A stretch of 64,000 nt of DNA from contig OY969582.1 of NCBI GenBank assembly GCA_963701275.1, positions 2,175,344-2,239,343 on the forward strand. The letters run 5' to 3'. Positions 53,131 to 64,000 of the stretch are shown piece by piece; the first letter of the stretch is position 1, and each line of letters opens with the position of its first letter. The notes under the pieces are model-generated. The model saw only the letters and a program-made list of their open reading frames with translations. It was not told where the DNA came from and ran no database searches. Source of the DNA: an uncultured Alphaproteobacteria bacterium. Its GTDB lineage: Bacteria > Pseudomonadota > Alphaproteobacteria > Rhizobiales > Beijerinckiaceae. A program made the position numbers and the translations under genes.

Positions 53131-54078
53131 ATGGCGAACGGACGTCGGGGGAAGTTTTTGGTGACTCGGCTGGAATTCTGGTCGCGTTTAGTGACGAACG
53201 CGACGCCGTTCCGCGGCACGCACTCCGCTTCCTACGCGAAGCTTCGGTTTGCGCCGGTTGCGGCGGCTGTCTCCGCGGCGCTATCTTTGACGCTCGGCGG
53301 CTGCGCGCAGCAGCCACAGCAATTCGCCCATTCGTCGGAATATTTTCCGGAATCGATCTATGGGGCGGCCAGCCCGCGTGTCGTCGCTGACAATGAGCCG
53401 ATCCCACGCGGCGGCGGGACCTATATGGTCGGGCGGCCTTACACCGTCGCCGGCAGGATCTATTACCCGAGCCAGAAGCATTATGCAGCGGTGGGACTCG
53501 CCTCCTGGTATGGCGACGCGTTCCACGGACGCCGCACCGCCAATGGTGAAATCTATGACCGAAATTCGATCTCGGCAGCGCATCCGACCATGCCTTTGCC
53601 GAGCTATGCCCGCGTGACCAACCTGCGCAACCATTATTCGATGATCGTGCGCGTCAACGATCGCGGTCCTTTCGAGCCAGGCAGGATCATGGACGTGTCG
53701 CGGCGTGTCGCCGATATGTTGGATTTCCGCAAGGCCGGCACGACCAAGGTCAAAGTCGAATATGTCGGTCCGGCGAACCTGGCCGGCTCCGACGATCGCA
53801 GATTGCTGGCGACCTTGCGTTACGATGGCGCCCCGGCTCGGTTCGATGGGCATGAGCTCCCGACGATGCTTGCCGACAATCGCCCTCTGCACACCGCCTC
53901 GGCCGACCCTGTAGTGTCGGAGACGCAGGACGACGCTCCTGAAGCCGCCGATGTTCCGCTCCCGCCTGAGCATGTATTCGCCGGTGCAACGCCCTTGCCG
54001 CCAGCGCGGCCATTCGACCTCGACACCATCCCCGGGGCAGGCGTGCCGATTTCGCTCCGCCAGACCGCGGCCCGCTAA
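53131..54078 (+). CDS. rlpA: Septal ring lytic transglycosylase RlpA family (start uncertain)
   Basis: LGGC lipobox, GLASWYG, TANGE, AAHPTMPLPS, VRVNDRGPF. Confidence 0.9.
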   Translation: MANGRRGKFLVTRLEFWSRLVTNATPFRGTHSASYAKLRFAPVAAAVSAALSLTLGGCAQQPQQFAHSSEYFPESIYGAASPRVVADNEPIPRGGGTYMVGRPYTVAGRIYYPSQKHYAAVGLASWYGDAFHGRRTANGEIYDRNSISAAHPTMPLPSYARVTNLRNHYSMIVRVNDRGPFEPGRIMDVSRRVADMLDFRKAGTTKVKVEYVGPANLAGSDDRRLLATLRYDGAPARFDGHELPTMLADNRPLHTASADPVVSETQDDAPEAADVPLPPEHVFAGATPLPPARPFDLDTIPGAGVPISLRQTAAR

Positions 54079-54214
54079 CGCCTCGGCAGCTTGATTTCTG
54101 CTGCCCCCGATCGCGCAATGCGATATGGGATCTGTTGATTTCTCATTGCTGGCGTCGCAATCTCGATTCGGCTGGGTCTATGCAGCGCGGATTCTGTCGG
54201 GCGTGAACTTCTGG

Positions 54215-55472
54215 ATGTCCTCTCGCCTCTCCGGGCTTTTTCCAAGGTGGGTCCAAACGCGTGCCTTTCGGCGGCGGACCTTCAGGAAATTTGCGCGGCC
54301 GGGACTGGGCGCGATCCTCATTCTGCCGCTCCTGGCAGCACCTTGCGCAGCGGATGCGCAACCGCTTCAGACAAGCGTGCCGCAGGCCATCCTGATCGAC
54401 GCGGATACGCAGACCGTCCTGTTCGAGAAGAATGCCGACGATCCGGCCACGCCGGCTTCGACTGTCAAGATCATGACGGCGGAACTCGTCTTCCAGGCCA
54501 TCGCCGAAGGCCACCTGAAACTCGACGATGAATTCCCGGTAAGCGAGAACGCCTGGCGCACCGGCGGCGCGCTGGCGCGCGGATCGACAATGTTTGCCGC
54601 CCTCAACAGCCGCATCAGGGTCGAGGATCTGATCCGCGGCCTGGTCATCGTATCCGGCAATGACGCGGCGATCGTGCTGGCCGAGGGCATCGCCGGGTCC
54701 GAGGGCGCTTTCGCCACGCGCATGACCGAAAGAGCCCGCGAACTCGGCCTCGACCATCTGACCTTCACAAATTCCTGGGGCAGGGACGATCCCGAGCAAA
54801 AGGTGACGGCGCGCGATATGGCTTTGCTCGCCGCCCATCTGATCCGCACCTATCCCGATCTCTACCAATATTTCGGCGAGAAGGACTTCACCTGGAACAA
54901 GATCAAGCAGCCCAATCGCAATCCGTTGCTGACGATGGACATCGGCGTCGGACGGGCTGAAGACCGGCAATATCGATACGAGCGGCTATGGCATCGTTGC
55001 TTCTGCGGTGCAGAACGGCCAGCGCCTGATCCTCGCGCTCTACGGCGCCAAGACAGCGAAGGAACGCGCCGACGAGGCGGCGCGGATTCTCCAATGGGGA
55101 TTCCGCTCGTTCGAGCCAAAGACCTTGTTTTCGGGCGGCGAGGTCGTCGGCAGCGCGAGCGTCTACGGTGGTAGCTCGGGCTCCGTGCCGCTCGTCGCCG
55201 ACAAGCCGGTGAAGCTTTTGATTCCGCGCGAAGCCAGCGAAAAGCTCAGCGGAAGAATCGTCTATACGGGGCCGCTGGTTGCGCCCGTCGTGGCAGGCCG
55301 CGACGTCGCCCGCTTGAAAATCTTTCGCGGTGGCAATGAGGTTCTTGAAGTGCCTTTGCAGACTGCGGCCAATGTTGAAACTGGATCGCTTTCGCGCCGC
55401 GCCATGGACGCTGGCCTCGAATATGTGGCGGAGCTGTTCCGCAAATATGTTTTGAAACAGGGGGGATCGTGA
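54215..55472 (+). CDS. dacA: D-alanyl-D-alanine carboxypeptidase (frameshift near 54950; start uncertain)
   Basis: PASTVK (SxxK), SGN, GLKTG in the shifted frame, PBP5 C-domain. Confidence 0.88.
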
Positions 55473-56159
55473 GTCTCGCCGCGCCCGAGCCATCGCGGGG
55501 AACCTTCATCACGCTCGAAGGCGGGGAGGGTGTCGGCAAATCGACCCAGGCGCTGCACATTGTCGAACGGCTTCGTGAAATCGGCATCGAGGCGATCGCG
55601 ACCCGCGAGCCCGGCGGCTCGCCAGGCGCCGAAATTCTGCGCGATCTGCTGCTTTCTGGCATGATCAAGGGTCTCGGCGCCAAAGCCGAGGCGATCATTT
55701 TCGCGGCCGCGCGGATCGATCATATCGATCATACGATCGCGCCGGCGCTCGCGGCCGGCACATGGGTCGTCTGCGATCGCTTCGCGGATTCGACGCGCGC
55801 CTATCAGGGCGCGCTCGGCGGGCTCGATCCGGGCTTTCTGCGCGCGCTCGAGCGCGTCACTTTCGGCGAGATCGCGCCCCGATCTCACCATCATTCTCGA
55901 TCTGCCGCCTGAGATCGGCCTCGCCCGCGCCATGCAGCGGCGTGGCCCAGGCATTACCTCCGATCGGTTCGAAGGCGAAGGCCTCGCCTTCCATGAAGCT
56001 TTGCGCACAGCCTACCTCGATATCGCCGCAGCCGAGCCCGAGCGCTGCGTCGTCGTCGATGCCGCGCAACCGGAAGAGGAAGTTGCGCAAGCGATCTGGG
56101 ATACGATTTCCTATCGGCTGCTCGCCGCTCGGTCCGAAAGCCAAGCACATGGCGCCTAG
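55469..56159 (+). CDS. tmk: Thymidylate kinase (frameshifted)
   Basis: [31 protein letters not shown]. Confidence 0.93.
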
Positions 56160-57233
56160 AGCGCGCGAGGCCGTCCCGGAAGCGGATCGGTTCGACGATG
56201 CCCCGCATCCGCGCGAGACCCAGGAGCTGTTCGGCCATGCCGAGGCCGAGCAGGCGCTGCTCGATGCCTATCAAGGCGAACCGCCTGCCGCAGGCGTTCA
56301 TCATCGGCGGCCAAGCGGGGATCGGCAAGGCGACGCTTGCCTGGCGCCTCGCGCGGTTTCTTCTTGCCCATCCCGATCCCACCGCCGCAGCGGTTCAACG
56401 GCGCAAGATCTCGGCGTTGCGCCCGACCATCCGGTGGCGCGCAAGATCGCCGCGCTCTCGCATGGCGATGTCTTCCTGCTGCGGCGCGAATGGAACGAGA
56501 AGTCGAAGCGCCATTTCTCCGAAATCCGCGCCGACGACGTGCGCGAGGCCGTTCATCTGTTCCAGCAGGCGGCAGCGGCGGGCGGCTATCGCATCTGCAT
56601 CGTCGACAGCGCCGAGGAACTCAACGATCCGGCGCCAATGCGCTGTTGAAGCTTATCGAGGAGCCGCCGCCGCGCTCGCTGTTCCTCATCGTCGCGCATC
56701 GGCCGGCGCTGGTTTTGCCGACGATGCGCTCGCGTTGCCGGATGCTGATTTCTGCGGCCGCTATCGGACCGCCGAGATTCTCGGCGTGATCGACGCAGCT
56801 CGGCGAGCCCTGGACCGATGCGGAGCGAGGGCGCGCGCCGCGTCGCGGCCGAGCGGGCGCAGGCTCCGTCGCGACCGCGCTGCGCCTGCTCGCCGAGGGC
56901 GGCCTCGAACTCGACCAGCAACGTCAGACGGCTGCTTGCCGATCTGCCGCGCGCTCGATTGGCGCGCCGTCCACGCGCTCGCCGACCAGGTCGACGGCCG
57001 CGACCGAACAGCGCCGATTGCGACCGGGTGATGGCCGCCGATCGTCGATTGGATCGATGAGCGGCTGCAGAGCGAAGCGGGCGACGGGGCAGGCGCGCCT
57101 TGCGCCCTTGGCGGAGGTGTGGGAAAAAGCTGCCGAAGCGGCGCGGGAAGCCGAGGCTCTCAATCTCGACAAGCGGCCCCTCATCCTGTCGATTTTTGCC
57201 GAACTCGCGGCGGCCAGGGCTGTAGCCGCCTAA
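56149..57233 (+). CDS. holB: DNA polymerase III delta' subunit (multiple frameshifts)
   Basis: [37 protein letters not shown]; tmk-holB-metG synteny. Confidence 0.9.
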
Positions 57234-57249
57234 TGGTCCCGCCGCGGTT

Positions 57250-57351
57250 GAAACATGATTCCAAAAAGTAGCCGACTTTTTGGATTGGATCATGCGGCAA
57301 GACAAAGGAATGGAGCGCGGATCGTGTCGCTTTGAAACGATCATGCTCGAA
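57250..57351. repeat. About 100-bp Rhizobiales palindromic intergenic repeat (BRU-RS/RIME-like)
   Basis: CATGATTCCAAAAAGT..GACTTTTTGGA..GATCATGCG...GATCATGCTC. Confidence 0.6.
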
Positions 57352-57362
57352 GAGATTGAATC

Positions 57363-58928
57363 ATGGCCGGCCGACCACATTCTACATCACGACCGCCATT
57401 CCCTATGCCAATGGCGCGCCGCATATCGGCCACGCCTACGAGCGGATCGCGACCGACGCGATCGCGCGGTTCAAGCGGCTCGACGGCGACGACGTTCTGT
57501 TCGTCACCGGCATGGACGAGCATGGCCAGAAAATGCAGCAGACGGCGGCGCGCGAAGGGATCACGCCGCAGGAGCTCGCCGACCGCACGGCGGCGCAATT
57601 CGCGGCCATGGGCGAGGCGCTCGAGGCGCCGGCCGACGACATCGTGCGCACGACCCAGCCGCGCCATCGCGCCGCCGCGCAGGAGATCTGGCGCCGCATG
57701 GCGGCCAATGGCGACATCTATCTCTCGAAATATCCGGGCTGGTATTCGGTCCGCGACGAAGCCTTTTTCGACGAATCCGAACTGACCAAAGGGCGCGGGC
57801 GGACAAGCATTTCGCGCCGAGCGGCGCGCCGGTCGAATGGGTCGAGGAGGAGAGCTATTATTTCAGGCTCTCGGCCTATCAGGAGAAGCTGCTCGCGCAT
57901 TATCGCGACAATCCGGACTTCATCGTGCCGGAAGCCTATCGCAACGAAATCGTCGCCTTCGTCGAGCGCGGCCTCACCGATCTTTCGATCAGCCGCTCGA
58001 CCTTCGACTTGGGGCGTTCCGGTGCCCGGCGATCCGAAGCATGTGATGTATGTCTGGGTCGATGCGCTGACCAATTACATCACCGGCACCGGCTTTCCCG
58101 ACCAGAAGACGCCACGCGCAGAAAATTCTGGCCGGCCGACGCGCATGTGATCGGCAAGGACATCACGCGCTTCCACGCGATCTATTGGCCGGCCTTTCTG
58201 ATGTCGGCCGGGATCGCGTTGCCGAAGCAGATCGTCGTGCATGGCTTTCTGTTCAACCGCGGCGAGAAAATGTCGAAGTCGGTCGGCAATGTCATCGATC
58301 CGTTTGCGCTCGTCGCGACATTATGGCGTCGATCCGATGCGCTATTTCTTCCTGCGCGAAGTGCCGTTCGGCCAGGACGGCAATTATTCGCATGAAGCGA
58401 TCGTCAAGCGCATCAATGCCGATCTCGCCAATGATCTCGGCAATCTGGCGCAGCGCTCGCTGTCGATGATCGGCAAGAAATTGCGGCGGCCGGCTGCCGG
58501 CGCCGCGGCGCTTCACTGAGGCGGACGGCGCGATCCTCGCCGCGGCGGACGCGCTTGTCGGCCAAGGCGCGCGCGGCGATGCAGGGCTTTGCGCTGCATC
58601 TCGTTCTCGCCGACATCTGGCGCGTCGTCGGCGATGCCAACCGCTATTTCGCCGCCGAGGAGCCCTGGACGAAGAAGAAGACCGATCCGGCAGCGCATGG
58701 CGACGATCCTTTATGTCACGGCGCAGGTTCTGCGCATCGTCGCGATCCTGGCGCAGCCTTTCATGCCGCGGCGCGATGGACAAGCTGCTCGATCTTCTGG
58801 CCGTCGCGCCGGAGCAGCGCGATTTCGCGCTATGCGCGGCAGGCTGACGGCGGACGCGCCGGGCCGCGCGCTGCCGTGCCCTGTCGCCGATCTTTCCGCG
58901 TTATGTCGAAGCGGAAGCGGCAGTCTGA
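57363..58928 (+). CDS. metG: Methionyl-tRNA synthetase (multiple frameshifts)
   Basis: [44 protein letters not shown]. Confidence 0.95.
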
Positions 58929-58937
58929 GCGATTTCG

Positions 58938-59743
58938 ATGCTGATCGATACGCATTGCCATCTCGATTTTCCCGAATTCGCCGCCGAACGCGACGCGGTG
59001 GTCGCGCGCGCGCGCGCCGCCGGGCTCAAGCGGATGATCACGATCTCGACGCGCGTGAAGCAATTCGCCGACGATCCGCGAGCTCGCCGAAGCCTATGAC
59101 GACGTGTACTGCACCGTCGGCACGCATCCGCACAACGCGCATGAGGAACAGGTCTCGGCGAGCCGAACTCGTCGCACTCGCGCGGCATCCGAAATGCGTC
59201 GGCATCGGCGAAGCCGGGCTCGATTATCATTACGACGACACGCCGCGCGACCTCGCCGCGCAGGTCTTCCGCACCCATATCGCCGCTGCGCGCGAGAGCG
59301 GCCTGCCGCTCGTCATCCACGCCCGCGATGCCGACGACGGACATGGCCGCAATCCTTGAAGACGAAATGGGGAAGGGGGCGTTCAAGGCCGTGCTGCATT
59401 GTTTCACCTCCTCGCGCCGGCTCGCCGAGGCGGCCTGTCGCTCGGGCTCTACGTCTCCTTTTCCGGCGTGCTGACCTTCAAGAAATCCGACGAGTCTGCG
59501 CGCCATCGCCCGCGACGTGCCGAGCGATCGGCTGCTCGTCGAGACCGACGCGCCCTTCCTCGCGCCCGTGCCTTATCGCGGCAAGCGCAACGAGCCGGCC
59601 TTCGTCGTCGGAGACGGCCAAAGTTCTCGCCGAGGTCAAAGGACTCTACTGCCGCGGAACTCGCCGCGATGACGAGCGCCAATGTCCTGCGGCTGTTTTC
59701 CAAAATGCCGGCGCCTCACACGGCCGCGGATGCCGCGCAATGA
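58938..59743 (+). CDS. TatD-family hydrolase (frameshifted)
   Basis: [37 protein letters not shown]. Confidence 0.92.
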
Positions 59744-60544
59744 GCCTTGACGATCACCATTCTCGGCTGCGGCTCGTCCGGCGGCGTGCCGCGCGTCGGC
59801 CAGGGCTGGGGCGCCTGCGATCCCAACAATCCGAAGAACCGCCGCCGGCGCTGTTCGATCTTCCTCGAGCGACGAAGGGGCGACGGCGGCACGACGCAGG
59901 TTCTCGTCGACATGTCGCCGGATCTGCGCGGCCAATTGCTCGATCTCGGCGTCGACCGGCTCGACGCCATCCTGCTGACCCATTCGCACGCCGATCATAC
60001 GCATGGGATCGACGAAATCCGGCCGCTCGTCATCATGGCCAAGCGGCGGATCGATCTTCATATGGATGCGGCGACCTCGGCTGTCGTGCGCAGCCATTTC
60101 GGCTATATTTTCGAGACGCCTGGGGGCAGCCATTATCCGCCGCTGCTCACTGAACAGCGCCTGACGCCGGGCGAAATCTGCGTCGATCGCGGGGCCGGGC
60201 GGCGACGATCGAGACCCTGCCGTTCCGGCTCGAACATGGCGAGATCGACGCACTGGGCTTCCGCTTCGGCGATATTGCCTATACGCCGGACCTCAACGCG
60301 ATCCCGCCGGAAAGCCAAGAGTTTCTCGAAGGCCTCGATCTGTGGATCGTCGATGCATTGCGCTACACGCCGCCATCCAAGCCATTTTTCCGTGCGCGAA
60401 ACCCTGGAATGGATCGCCAAGCTTCGGCCGAAGCGCGCCATCCTGACCAATCTCCACACCGATCTGGATTTCGAGCGGTTGAAAAGCGAATTGCCGGCGC
60501 ATGTCGAGCCGGCCTTTGACGGCATGCGGATTGCAGCGAGCTGA
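59740..60544 (+). CDS. MBL-fold metallohydrolase (PhnP/YcfH-associated)
   Basis: ILGCGSSGGVP, THSHADHTHG, HPSHF. Confidence 0.9.
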
Positions 60545-60583
60545 CGAATGGACGCTTGGCGGCCGCAAAACACGCAAACGAGC

Positions 60584-60611
60584 GTGTTCCATAATATTGA
60601 TTATGCGAATC
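60584..60611 (-). other. dif: Chromosomal dif site (XerC/XerD)
   Basis: GATTCGCATAA-TCAATA-TTATGGAACAC (11-6-11), intergenic; KOPS polarity flips here. Confidence 0.85.
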
Positions 60612-60988
60612 TAAGGCATGATTCTCTCATCTGTGAAGGCCTCGCGTTGGGACGGCATTTGCATGGGACCGGAGATGATCTCCCCCGGATAGCTCATAGC
60701 AAGCCTCTGATTTAGCGAAAGATTTGTTCAGGCCACGGGTCTGAGGTGCGAAGCACGATCGATCTTTGTTCGCAAAAGCGGTAGCCAAAGGGCTGGTACT
60801 TCTGCTATCAATAATTGAAAGACGGGACTTTCGGCATTCTTGGACAATACCATTGCGAGAAGATCGATAACGGGCGCTTTCGGGGCGGCCGGCTAAACGC
60901 ACGTCTAACGGCGACCGTTCGGCCAGCTGAACCGTTCGTTGGGAAACGGTGGGCGGTCCAATTTGGGTGGGATACGAATAGGCAGCAC

Positions 60989-61640
60989 ATGAGCAAAGGT
61001 AAAGAATTCCGGGGCCGAAAAAGCGCGGTTTCGACGATGACGGTCCTTCACCCTATGACGCACCGCGTCCCAGCCGGCATTCCCGGCCCGCGTTTCGGTG
61101 GTGGTTTTGGCGGTCCAGAGATGGCGCCCACCTGTTACTGGCAGTCCGGTCGATGCGATCGTCAAATGGTTCAAGAGCGACAAGGGCTTCGGCTTTGTCG
61201 AGTTGAGCAATGGAACGGGCGACGCGTTCCTGCATATCGGCGCGCTGCAGGCCGCTGGATTATGAGACGGTCCCGCCTGGCGCCAAGCTCAAGGTCTATG
61301 TCGGCACCGGCGCCAAGGGCGCGCAGGTGACCCGCGTGCTTGAAGTCGACACGGCCGGCGCCGCTGAGCGCGTGCCGCGCCGCGCTTTAATGAGGCGCGT
61401 CCCCCCCGCCGTCATCCCGATCCTTCGACCGCCGTACAAGTCAGCGGCACGGTCAAATGGTTCGACGACAACAAGGGCTTCGGCTTCGTCCAGTCGAACG
61501 ATGGCGGCAAGGACGTGTTCGTCCATATCTCGATCCTCGGGCCCTCAGGCGTCCAGCACCTCGCCGAAGGCCAGCCGGTCACGATGCGGGTCGTGGACAC
61601 GCCGAAGGGTCGCGAAGCGCTTTCGATCGCCCTCGCCTGA
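60989..61640 (+). CDS. Two-domain cold-shock protein (frameshifted)
   Basis: VKWFKSDKGFGFV and VKWFDDNKGFGFV...DVFVHIS. Confidence 0.88.
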
Positions 61641-61730
61641 CCGCGCGGGATTAGATCATCATTTCAATGAACGGCGTGAGGCGGCATCGCCTCGCGCCAT
61701 TTCTTTGTGCCAGTGCTCCGGTCCACGCCC

Positions 61731-62541
61731 ATGCAGAAATCCCGCGACATCACGAGGCTCCTTGAGATCATGGCGGCCTTGCGCACGCCCGGGATCGGCT
61801 GCCCTTGGGATCTCGAACAGAGCTTCGCGACGATCGCGCCTTACACGATCGAGGAAGCCTATGAAGTCGCCGACGCCATCGCGCGCGGCGATCTCGGCGA
61901 TCTGAAGGAGGAATTGGGCGATCTCCTCCTTCAGGTCGTCTTCCACGCCCGCTTGGCTGAGGAGAAGAACGCCTTCGACTTCGGCGATGTCGTCGAGGCG
62001 ATCACCGACAAGATGATCCGCCGGCATCCGCATGTGTTCGGAGCCTTGCGCGGCCTTTCAGCGGACGATGTCGGGGCACTCTGGGCGGAGATCAAAGCCG
62101 AGGAGAAAGCCGAGAAGGCGCGGGAGAAGCCGCGCGCGGGCGAGGCAGGCCTTCTTGCCGGCGTTCCGGTCACCCTGCCCGGCCTCACCCGCGCCGTTAA
62201 GCTTCAAAGCAAGGCTGCGATCGTCGGCTTCGATTGGAACGACGCGAGATTGGTTCTCGACCAAAATCCGTGAGGAAACCGACGAGATCGAAACTGCGCT
62301 TGCTGAGGGCGACGCGGCCGCGGTCAAGGATGAGATCGGCGACCTGTTGTTCGCTGTCGCCAATCTCGCGCGCCATGTCGGCGCCGATCCGGAAGGCGCG
62401 ATCCGTGCCACCAACGCCAAATTCGAGCGGCGTTTTGGCTATATCGAAAAGGAAGTCGCCCGACGTGGCGGCCTGCTTGCGGATGCCGGTCTTGCCGAGA
62501 TGGATGCGCTTTGGAACGAAGCCAAGACACGCGAGAAATAG
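61731..62541 (+). CDS. mazG: Nucleoside triphosphate pyrophosphohydrolase (frameshift near 62260)
   Basis: GCPWD, IEEAYEV, EELGDLL, RRHPHVF, GFDW, EIGDLLF. Confidence 0.94.
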
Positions 62542-62552
62542 CGCGCATCCTG

Positions 62553-62591
62553 CCATCATTGCGAGCGAAGCGTCGCTTCTCGCAATGATGG
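62553..62591. repeat. 13-bp perfect inverted repeat between convergent mazG and hflX; probable bidirectional terminator
   Basis: CCATCATTGCGAG...CTCGCAATGATGG. Confidence 0.6.
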
Positions 62592-62596
62592 ATGCC

Positions 62597-64000
62597 CTAG
62601 GGCCGCGGTTGGCGCTTCCTGCCGGCCTGCGCGATCTCGGTGAATCTGCGTTGAACGCTGGCTACGAGATTCGGCGCGACGCTCACGGTGAGCGTGAGAC
62701 TGCCGTCACCGGCTTCGGCGCGGCTCAAGACCTCGGTATGTTCGTAGAGCCAATTCCGGCCCTTGCCGTCGCCCGGATCGAGAGCGAGGTCGAGAATGGT
62801 GCGCTCGCTTGCCAAGCGCGTCTCGAGACGGGCGAGAAGTTCGTCGATCCCCTGCCCCGTCAGCGCCGAGATTATTACTGGCCGCGTTTGTGCCGGCTGC
62901 CGTCGCGCCACATTGAGCAGCGCCATGCTCGCTTCGGTATCAAGCAGATCGAGCTTGTTCCAGACCTCGAGGATATGCCCCCGCCTATCTGCGGCAATCC
63001 CGAGTTCGGCTAGAACCGTTTCGACATCGGTCCGTTGCGCCTCACTGTCGTCATGCGCGATATCACGTACATGCAGGATAATATCGGCCTCGATGACCTC
63101 TTCGAGCGTCGCCTTGAAGGCTGCGACCAGCATGGTCGGCAGATCCGCAATAAAGCCGACCGTGTCGGACAGGATCACCTCGGTGCCGCGCGGCAGTTTC
63201 AGCGCGCGTAATATGGGATCGAGCGTCGCAAACAGCGTGTCCTCGGCCAGCACATCGGCCTTGGTCAGGCGGTTGAACAAGGTCGATTTGCCGGCATTCG
63301 TGTAGCCGACGAGCGCGACGATGGGATAAGGCACCGCGCGTCGCTTCTTGCGGTGCAAGCCGCGAGTTTGCTTCACGCTCGCGAGATCGCGTTCGATCCG
63401 GGTCATCCGCTCCTGGATGAGACGCCGGTCCGTCTCGATCTGTGTCTCGCCGGGACCGCCAAGGAAGCCGAAGCCGCCGCGCTGGCGTTCAAGATGGGTC
63501 CAGGAGCGGACAAGTCGCGACTTCTGATAGGTGAGATGGGCGAGTTCCACCTGCAGCGCGCCTTCGCGCGTGCGGGCGCGCCGGCCAAAGATCTCGAGGA
63601 TCAACCCTGTCCGGTCGATCACCTTGCAGCCGAACGCCTTTTCGAGATTGCGCTGCTGCACTGGCGAGAGCGCGCAATCCATGATGACAAGATCAATCGA
63701 GTCGGTGCTGACGTGGGACGCGATTTCCTTGACTTTGCCCTGGCCGAGATAAGTTGCCGGCCGAATTTGCGACAAGACAACGATCGTGCTGGCGATAACT
63801 GCGACGTCTATTGCCTCCGCAAGGCCCCGCGCCTCGGCGATTCGCGCCTCGTGCGACCGGCCCTGCTGTGGGCGCCTACGAGCGCCGCCCGACGCGTCAT
63901 TGCGGCGGTGCTCGCGTTCGGCGAGGTAGGGACCGATGACGAGCGCCCCTGTCGCTGATTCGCGGCTAATGGCTTCACCGTGACCGGGAATCGGACCCGC
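62597..64000 (-). CDS. hflX: GTPase HflX (5' end frameshifted or outside the window)
   Basis: LSPVQQRNLE, WTHLERQRGG, GYTNAGKS, LFATLDP, DTVG, NKLD. Confidence 0.95.
   Translation of the reverse strand, partial: AGPIPGHGEAISRESATGALVIGPYLAEREHRRNDASGGARRRPQQGRSHEARIAEARGLAEAIDVAVIASTIVVLSQIRPATYLGQGKVKEIASHVSTDSIDLVIMDCALSPVQQRNLEKAFGCKVIDRTGLILEIFGRRARTREGALQVELAHLTYQKSRLVRSWTHLERQRGGFGFLGGPGETQIETDRRLIQERMTRIERDLASVKQTRGLHRKKRRAVPYPIVALVGYTNAGKSTLFNRLTKADVLAEDTLFATLDPILRALKLPRGTEVILSDTVGFIADLPTMLVAAFKATLEEVIEADIILHVRDIAHDDSEAQRTDVETVLAELGIAADRRGHILEVWNKLDLLDTEASMALLNVARRQPAQTRPVIISALTGQGIDELLARLETRLASERTILDLALDPGDGKGRNWLYEHTEVLSRAEAGDGSLTLTVSVAPNLVASVQRRFTEIAQAGRKRQPRP

Overview
High-GC alphaproteobacterial (Hyphomicrobiales) chromosome segment; a Beijerinckiaceae-like origin is my inference from gene style. 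It appears to span the replication terminus: a 28-bp dif-like XerC/XerD site lies at 60584-60611, and the KOPS octamers I spotted flip orientation across it. Core genes include ndk, aat, a TolC/MFP/CzcA-type RND pump, accC-accB-aroQ-dsbA, parE, glnB-glnA, sseA, cysK, rlpA-dacA-tmk-holB-metG-tatD-phnP-like, mazG and hflX, plus five tRNAs (Phe, Asn, Cys, Pro, Arg). Decayed accessory blocks without an intact integrase lie next to four of the tRNAs. They carry a low-oxygen/dormancy gene set, partly preceded by FNR/FixK boxes: narHJI with narG deleted, a Zn-ADH, Prs-like, an archease/RtcB pair fused by a deletion, DUF2267-CapA, two HdeD genes and a USP. Many essential genes show single-base frameshifts, most likely uncorrected long-read errors. 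All family calls are from motif recognition only; no database search was run.
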